Source: Geosiphon pyriformis uo1 (lineage: Eukaryota > Fungi > Glomeromycota). Taken from it: a stretch of 64,000 bases of DNA. The stretch lies in assembly GCA_016748015.1 (NCBI GenBank), contig JAAOMT010000525.1, forward strand, positions 248,001 through 312,000. Direction: 5' to 3'. Numbering within the stretch: position 1 is the first letter of the stretch; each line of letters starts with the position of its first letter. Below the pieces are notes generated by a model, which saw only the letters and a list, made by a program, of their open reading frames with translations, had not been told where the DNA came from and made no database searches. Shown piece after piece: positions 54,601-64,000 of this stretch. The translations under genes and the position numbers were made by a program.

Positions 54601-57351
54601 AAGAAGTGTTTTATTGCAATTTTAAATATATAATCTGTTATTTTATATTAATAGTATATTAATTTTAATTTCAATATTTTTAATCATATTGTTATTGTTA
54701 TTGAAATTTTTGAAATTTTTAATTATTTTAAATAGTTTAGACTAATAGTTTTAAAAGTTTTGTAAAATTTATAGTTATCTATTTATTAACTATTTATTAA
54801 ATCTAAAGCATAAATAATAAATAATATAATAGTCATTTAAAAAGTAAGAACAAATACAAAAAAAATTATTAAACAAGAAAAAACATATTTAAGTCATATT
54901 TGTTAATTATTTTCTATTATTAAGCTAATTTCACAATTATATTTAATATTAAATTGTTTTTTAATGCTAAAAAAAACCATAAAGTATAAGAAAAATTAGT
55001 TTTTGATTTTTTTGTAAAAAATATATTTATAGTTTTTTAGTATAACTTTTTCAGAATTTACATATTTAATTAACTTTAAATTGTTTTTACATATTTGATA
55101 ACTACTTTTTTTAAGCTTTATATATATTATTTAAGTTTTATTTTCTATTTAAAAATTAGAATAAATATTTTAATTTTTTTATTATATTAAGTAGTAAAAA
55201 ATATGTTATGTAATTTTTTAAAAACTATTAAATAATTTGTTAAATCTGTTTTTATTTCATTTTTTATGTAAATTATATAACCAAAAAATCTTGAAAATAT
55301 TTTTTTACTATTTAAAACTTGTAGTTTTTATTATGTTAATTAGCTGCTATTGCTTTCTTAAAAATATTTAATTATTCAATTATATTTAAGTATTATTTCA
55401 GAAAAAAAATAAAAAATTGTTTTAATGTTTAAAAACTGTTTATATTTTTTTAAAAGCTAATAAAATATTTTGATTTAAGAAATACTCTATTGTTGTATTA
55501 TATTAGATATTAAAATTTAAAATAAAAAGTTTAAATATTTGTAATATAGAAATGATTTAATAGTTTTCTTTGTTTTTAGTTTTTAAAAAGATTTTATTTA
55601 ATTAATAAACAGCTATCTAATTATAAATTTAATAATTTAAATCTTTAAATTACAAAAGTAATTATTTAAAAATAACAGAGAATATTATTTGATTAATTTA
55701 ATTAATTCATTTGTTTTTGGTTTTAAAATTTTTTTAAAATAGACTTGATTAAAAAAGTAGATTTTAGCTAAATAATTAATCTGAAACCAATTTTAAAAAT
55801 CTTGAAACTGTTAACTAAACTAAATTTTAATAGAAAAAAGTTAAAACAAAATAAAAAAAATTATTAATTATAACCAATAAAATAATTTTGTATATTTTGT
55901 GCTAAAAGTAATTGTTTATATGATAATAAATAATTTAAAAATTTTGACAATCTTACAAAAAACATTACTTTTATGTTATAAATTAAAATAATATGCTAAC
56001 AAAAAACAAATATTGTTTAATAAAAAAATAATTGATAATTAAATTTAACTTAAAAAGTAAATTAAATTTGTAAAGATTTAATATATAAAATTAGTTTTAT
56101 AAATATTTTAATTGCTATTCTTTTTAAAAAAACTAAAGATAAAAAATAATACAGTTGTTATAATTAATAATAAGTATTATTTGTATTTTATATTAATATT
56201 TATTTAATTTATTTTAAAAAATAATAATATATAAATTAAAAAAAAATTAAAATAAATTTTTACAGTTTTAAAAAGTTTTATTTATATATTTTTTAAAAAG
56301 ATATAATAATTAAGTCAATAATTATATTAATGAGTTAATTAATAATCAAATTATAAAATTAATAATTAAGTTAATAATTACATTAATAATTTATTTTAAA
56401 ATTAGAATAGTTAATATAAATAATATTAATAGCTAATATATGTAACTAAATATAATTAAATAATCAATATAACTAAAAATTAAAAGATTTAATTATAATA
56501 TTATTAATAATATTAAATTGGTTTTTTAAAAACGTAGCTTCAAATTTGTTAATTTAAAGTTAAATTTATTAATTTTTGGTTGTTTTGATTATGTTATTAT
56601 TGGTCATTAAAAAAATTAATGCAAAGCTATTTTTAAATTTAGTTATTAAAAATGTAAATCAAAAATTTTAATTAAATGATTATTAATATGGTTAGAAATT
56701 TTTAAATTAAAAATAAATTTAATGTTATTTATTATGTAATAATAATAATAATAAAATAGTTAAAAAATCAGATATTATTGTAAATAATAATGTTTTTTTC
56801 AATAAACAACTTTTTAGTAAAAAACAAATGTATTTGCAAAATAAAATATCTGTTTTTTATTGATTTAAGTAATATTAATTAGCTTAAATGGCAAATTATG
56901 TGTTGTATATACCACAATTCATGTTTAATATAGATAAATAAATTGCCCAAAAATAGTTATTGATTAGATTACATTTACAAAACATGAAATAACTTATCAG
57001 ATTTTATGTATTAAGTATTAATAATAAAATTAAATAATTTCAATTTTTTATTTTGTTGATTGTATATATGTAATAATAATTGTATTTTGTAATAAAGATG
57101 TTGTTTTCAAAAACTGAATTACCAAGTATAAAACATTTTTAATTAAATTAAATAAAAGGTTATGTAAAAAACTTCGTTTTTATTATTTTCAAAGCAGAAT
57201 TGATTTGCAGTTTTGAAAGCAAAATTTTTAAATTCTATCACTCATAATTGAAAATAAATTTACCCCTAACTTTTTAATAATTGTTTTACATATAAAGATA
57301 TTTTTACTATTTAAACAAGAAAAATAAAAAAATGTTCATACTTGTTTGAAT

Positions 57352-60300
57352 AAAGGTAAATGTAAAAAAGCCGAATTTAAAAATGGCAAAAAATTAACCC
57401 TTTTCTCTTTCAAATAAACCCATTTATTTTTGGACATTCAAAGAAACTAAGGTTTTCAACTCATTTCTAAATAAAAACCAAGTTTATTTTTTTATATATG
57501 GTTTAATTTCAAAATAAGTAAAATTCAATAATATCCCATAGAGAAATTTCGCAAACCATTTAGACTATTGTTTATATTTTGATCTTAGGCTTGGGAACAA
57601 GAATATTTCCAAAAATATTTTTTTTCTGACTAACTAAAAAAAATCCCTCATCATTTTATATTTGGCTTTTAAAGAATGTGATTCTATTTTTTGGGTAGTT
57701 GTGTATAATCTATGATTTTTTATATTGTTGTTAATGTTATTTACAACACCTTTTTCCGTATAAAATAAAAGTAATTTCAGCGATTTGAAATTTTCAAACA
57801 TCTTTTTTATTCCCCAAAAAAATTACCTCATCCAATTCTAATCGTTTATATATAGACACTCTAAATTTAAAATTTCTAATAAAAAAATATATTCTTTAAA
57901 GTAATATTTGAGTTATATTCATAGAAAATATATATTTATAAAGCCATTTATTATCATGGAAATAAATGCAATATTATCCCACCTACTTTTGTTATTTACA
58001 TTTAATAATATTAAAAACATTCAAAAAGGATAAAACACATAATTCAAAAATTTTTCAAAGAAATATTTTGTTAGATTAAAAAGAATGAAACGAAGTAATA
58101 CACACTCAGTACAGAGTATTAAATAGCTGAAATAGTGTGATACATTGCCTCTTCATCAATGTCATAAAAAATATTTAATATATGCCAAATTTTTATAATT
58201 AATGATGTTTGTCTAAATGATTTATGATAAGAAACGCGTATCTATCAACGAAATTCACAAATGAACAAACGTCATGGTAAAAATTGAATATATTACCTGA
58301 AATCTCTCCTTAAGGAACGCTTTCATTTAAATTATGTTTAAATGTATGGAAAATCATGTTGCCTGACAATAATTATATGTTACAGTTCATTTTCGGTTTA
58401 TTCTTTGATCATTTAGGGAGTTACTTTTTGTCGAACAAAATCTATATTTTCTAACCTTTGCATTTTTAAGTCAAAATTCAAAGGCTATTTTTGTCACAAG
58501 AGAATTTACATTGTCTCATCGTTACTGATTATTACCCCATTTAATTTTGACCCAATTTTGTATGTATCGACATTTGGCGAGAGGTTTTGATAGGTCAAAG
58601 AACATGTGAGATTTAAAAAGGTGAAAAAATATTATATTTTTAACAACAAATTAAGTATTCATTATTTCCCTGACTTTTTAATGGGAAACAAAAGATGTGA
58701 ATAAGAATGTTCTAGCCACATTTCTTTAAAAAATATTTCCATAATATATTTTTTTAAGCGAAACTGATCATAAAATTCATTAAAAAGTTTCTTGGTTCAA
58801 TTTTTTTAGTAATTTAATTATTTTTGTTCGAAAGAAATATCGAGACAATTTTATTCCAAAATCGTAAAGTTTAAATTACTTTTCAAAAAACCAGCTTTTT
58901 TTAAGATAAAACGGAAAAAATATTTTCCTCAACAAAACCTGTTTTACCTAGAACTAAACCAGATTTTTGTTTTTCATAATATTAATTTATTAGAAAATGA
59001 AACCAATTTTGTAATTTTTATAGCAGTAATAACTACAATCAACTGGTTTTGCCCAAGAAGATTAACCGGATAATTAGAGAAAGGGAAATAATTTTATCTT
59101 TCAAGAATTGTTCTCGCTTTTCTTTTTTCAAATCCCCCAAATCAAAGATGTTGGAATGAAATATTTTTCGATTTTTTTTCTGATTTAAATCTTGTAGGAA
59201 TAAAATAAAATTTTCATATTTAAAGATATCCAATCCATCGATCAAAACATCTAAAAAAATTTCAAAAGCCTAAGCCAATTTTTTGGAAAAGCCACCTTTA
59301 AATTTTAATTATGAAGGAGGTTTCAATATTGAGTTTTTGATTCATTTCGCAGCGCCGAAAAATTTCTTTTAAACGTATTTTCAAATTTTGTAAAAGGATT
59401 TTTTTCAGGTTTTACAGCCGAAATCTCAAAACTGCAGTAAAACGATTGGATATCTCAAAATTAGGATATATTTGGAAGGATAAACAGGGGTAAAACTTCC
59501 CCAACCAAAAAGCCTGTAAATAATAAAATTTTTTTATCAAAGATCAAAAGATCTGCGGATTATCAAAAAATTTGCCCATTAACCGTCATCATCATCAATA
59601 AAATAAGCCATCAAATGGCTTGGTTCCCTTTAAAGTATTAACCGCTGAATCCTTTTTTGTAACTATAACTTAATTATCATGGCCTTTGCCCACCTTTAAT
59701 TTTTGTAGGTTTAAATTGTCAAATTTCAGGCTAAACTATTGTGAGAGAATTGATTATCAGTCATGTTGATTTTTGCCAAGTAACTGGGCTTGGATCTCAA
59801 ATTTTAGATAATCAATCATTTTGTTCCATTATTATTATTAGAGGAAAAACAGGTGGGCTTATTATATGAGTTCTCACAAAATTACCCAAATAAGTGATGA
59901 AAAGTCAAATTTAACGAAAATGAATTTTGAAGAAAGGAAGCCACAGTTTTCAAAACTGTTTCTCTAAAAAAACATATAATTTACTAGCAAAACGATTTCT
60001 TATAAAAGTAAAGCTTTCCCGTTAAATTTTTACCCATCTCATCAAGAAGAAAAGCTTCTCTTTCTAAATCTTTTACACTCAAAGAATTAAAAATGTCAAA
60101 AACTAGCATTTGCCTTAGCATTTTGTTTGCCAGCACCCTGGTGCTCGGAGAGCCATTTCCTCTTTGGTATAAACGCGGAGGTAACGGAAATAATAACGGT
60201 AACGGAAACATTGGCAGCCAGAATGGAAACAATAACGGAAACAACAATTTAGGAGGAGGATTTAACGGCAATAGCAATGGTAACAACAATCTCGGCTCAT

Positions 60301-61100
60301 ATAATGGCAATAGCAATGGTAACAACAATAGACCATCTTACTGGTATAAACGTGATTGGTATAAACGTGATTTGTATAAACGTGATGAGGAGGAAAAACG
60401 TTGGGGCAAGTATAAACGTGATGAGTATAAACGTGGAGGTAACGGAAACAATAACGGTAACGGAAACATTGGCAGCCAGAATGGAAACAATAACGGAAAC
60501 AACAATTTAGGAGGAGGATTTAACGGCAATAGCAATGGTAACAACAATCTTGGCTCATATAATGGCAATAGCAATGGTAACAACAATAGACCATCTTACT
60601 GGTATAAACGTGATGAGGAGGAAAAACGTTGGGGTAAATATAAACGTGGTTTGTATAAACGTGATGAGGANNNNNNNNNNNNNNNNNNNNCTTGGATCAA
60701 ATAACGGAAATAAAAATGGTAACAATAACCTTGGCTCCAATAATGGTAACCTCAATGGCAACAATAATCTAGGTAACAATAATGGAGGTAACAACGGGAA
60801 CAACAATGTAGGAAGCAATAACGGAGGTAACAATGGTAACAACAATGTGGGATCTAACAATGGTGGTGGCAATGGAAATAACAACCGTTAAAGAGTTATA
60901 AGCTCGAACAATTTTTCATATTAGCATTTCTTTTGTTCATAGCGTAGAATATTTAAAAAATATTTGATCCTTCTTTTTATCAATTTGCATTTGCGTAAAA
61001 AATTCCATATCTGTATATACCAAAGATGGTTAGCTAAGTAAATTTCAATCTAAAAAACCGGCCCTCTACATTATTACCATTTTAGATTAAAGAATTGATC
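57352..61100 (+). repeat. Segmental duplication copy B of the KEP locus
   Basis: Collinear with 1770-6430. Retains CpG, unlike the flanking transposon DNA. Confidence 0.85.
60093..60891 (+). CDS. Second KEP Asn/Gly repeat precursor gene (interrupted by assembly gap 60671-60690)
   Basis: Identical signal peptide, then EPFPLWY-KR, modules DWY, DLY, DEEE, WGKY, DEY and GLY, and an identical C-terminus ending at TAA 60891. Confidence 0.85.
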
Positions 61101-63619
61101 AAATGTAAATAACTCACATTTGAAATAAAAAATCAAAGCTATTATTTCAACTATTTTTAAACACACTTAAATATTAAAACCAAAAAAATATTCAAATATT
61201 CTTAGATAAAATAACTTCATTTATTTTCTGCATATTATAAATCCCAAGTTTAATATTAAGATTTTACAACATATTGGAAAGGTTAATGAAACACTTAAAA
61301 ATAACACTTTAACATAATAACAATTTCAAGCATACAAGTTAAATAATTCAAATATTATTTTAAAAGTTATTATGTAATTTGGATTTAAATTTTATTGAAA
61401 AATTGTGAAAAACTGTTGTACATGAATTTCAAAAACAAATATCCAAAAAAAAAAATTATTAATTTTTTCAAGAACACAATAAAACATTATTACGAAACAA
61501 GAAGTCTGTTTTATCTTCAAAAATTTTTGCATAAAACAAATTTTGTGCACAAATTAAGATCAGTCTTTTTTGCTTTTAATAATTATAAATGTTTTACAAA
61601 TATATTGTGAAAATTATAATATAATTAAAAATAAATATTTCTTTCAATAAAACGATAAATAAAATATATAATTATTTTGCTATAATAATTTTTTCAAAAC
61701 ATATGGTTGAAATTATTGGATAATTATTAAAAAATTCTAATTTGAACTTAATAAAAAAACAATATTAATAAATTAAAGCAATATCACTTAGCAATTTTTA
61801 AAATTAATAACAAATATTATTGTGTTTTTTAATTATGTTTTTATTTAATAAATTTTAAGACCAAGCTTTTTGTTTCGTAGATTAATTTAATACAATTAAG
61901 AAAAGAAAAATTATTTTATTTTATAATTTAAATAATTTGATAATTTTTATAGTTAAAAAAACATTATTTATATATAAATTCAAATGAATTAATAACCAAA
62001 TTAACAATTGAGTTAATAAGTTAATTAAAAATTAATAATTAGGTTAATAGCTACTATTTAAAAATGAGATAATTAATTAATTATACTTTATTTTAAATTG
62101 TATTTAATAAATTTAATTGTTTTTAGTTTTAGTTTTATTTATTAGATTTTTTTGCAATAATTAATGTAATTTAACTACTACCTAATATAATACAACATAA
62201 TTGTTTAAAATTAAACATGATTTATATATATAAAATATATAATTAGCTATTTAAGTTAATTAAAATTATATTATTATGATCTAGTTTAACATATTAAAAA
62301 ATAGTACAAAAAAATAATATTGTATAATAATAATAATTAAAGAATAATTTAATTTTAATAAGCAAATTAAATTAATAAAAATTTAATATATAAAATTAGT
62401 CTTATAAATATCACAATTATTATTTTTTCCAAAAAATAACAAAAAAATCTGAAAATAAAAAGTTAATTTATATTGTTAATAAAAAATAACATATTATATA
62501 ATTTTATGTTTTATATTACTGTTTTTAAAATTCAATACTAAATATTAGTTTTATTTTTAGTAAATATTTATTCAATATACTTTATAAAAACTAACAATTA
62601 TACAAATTAAGAAAAAAAAATAGTTAAAAAAAATAAAAAAGTTAATATTATTGTATTAATTTTTGTTTTAAATAAATTAATTCAAGTGTAAATAAATTTT
62701 ACTTAACTGGCTGAGTAGCTAATTATATTTAAAAAATGTATAAATTATATTTAATTGGAAATATTTAATTTGTTTTTGTATATTAAATAATAGTAGAGTT
62801 TTACTTATTAATTATAAAATATTTTTACAGTTTTGAAAAGTTTTATTTATATACTATTATAAAAAATTAATAATTAAATTAATAATTAGATTAGTAATTA
62901 GATTATTTTTATTTTTATTTTATTTAATAAGTGTAGTTCAATTACTATTTAATATAATACAATTAAAAAGCATCCTAAATTAACCATAGTTTATGTTTTT
63001 TTACACATAATCAGTCACTTGGATCAATTAAAACTATATTATATATATATACTATTAAAAATACAAACATTTTCAAATAAGCCAAATAACAGTAAAAATA
63101 AAGACTTATACTTTTCAAAGCTCATTATAACACTTTTGTTGACATTCAAAATTAAAACATCTGAAATATTTACAGAACTTGAAAAACCCAAAATCAATAG
63201 AAAAACCAAATTATTATAAGAAATTAAGTCATATTTCTTATAATATGCACATAATTTTGTATTTGGCAGCCACAAATTAGATCTATATTATTTAGCAAAT
63301 TTATAAATAAATCTAATTACATACTTGTTTGTTTTTAGTAAATTAATAAATATCTTTAAGGCTTTTTTAATCCAATTATATAAAATAAAGTTTTTTACCA
63401 AAGTTATATACAAAATATCTGACTTTTTAACTTCAAAAAAAAATAAATAATTGATAAATTTGTTGCTAACAATCCAAACATAATAATTGATTTTTTTATA
63501 ATATTATTAATAATGTTTTTTTTAATACCATAATTTTGTATATATTGAAATATGTAATCAAAATTTTTTATCAAATTATATTATAAGTATCTAATACTTA
63601 AATAGCTTAGATCATATAG

Positions 63620-64000
63620 ATTTTTTTTTATAACAGTTAGTAACTGGCAATACAAAGCTTTTATGAAATACAAATAAAGTACAACAAAACCTGAACTAGT
63701 GTAATCAAATTACATATGACTATTAAAATGCCAGACATTTACAAATTACCTTAAATATAATCTATTAAATAATAAAATATTAATAATGCTGACAATATAT
63801 TTGATCTTTTACTCTATATACACAACAAATTCACATATATTCTTAATAATATAACAAACATTCTTAATATTAAATGACTATTAGTACACAAAAACCTAAA
63901 AAAAAATTTAATTGACAAAATAAAAACAAAACTTATGGCAAAACCAGCAAAAAAATCTGCTTTATTATTATTAATATTACTTAAATAATCTTTGATTTTG
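63620..64000 (-). mobile_element. Probable eroded LINE 3' end
   Basis: T-run at ~63620 and weak similarity of ~63700-63760 to the LINE 3' tail motif. Confidence 0.35.

Overview
AT-rich eukaryotic genomic window with spliceosomal introns and three scaffold gaps. The gene and transposon content is most consistent with a Glomeromycotina-type fungus (inference). Positions 1-13.5 kb form a small gene island. It holds a two-exon F-box gene, a secreted Kex2-processed Asn/Gly repeat precursor (4721-6211) and a head-to-head pair of four-exon paralogous small secreted proteins with Kre9/Knh1-like Ig-domain signatures; the ORF track recovers these two only as fragments. Positions ~13.6-57.3 kb are a CpG-depleted nested transposon graveyard. 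It contains a full-length Gypsy element with TSD and an extra 3' ORF, and a dUTPase-bearing Gypsy inserted in a LINE and itself carrying a solo LTR. It also has an ORF1-only HAL1-like element, two inverted hAT-like MITEs whose swapped TSDs record an inversion, and several eroded LTRs. A segmental duplicate of the repeat-precursor locus lies at ~57.35-61.1 kb. The best candidate for a novel system is the duplicated, module-shuffled secreted polyprotein. It would release small Tyr-ended peptides plus 13-residue Asn/Gly repeat domains resembling a beta-solenoid or amyloid.
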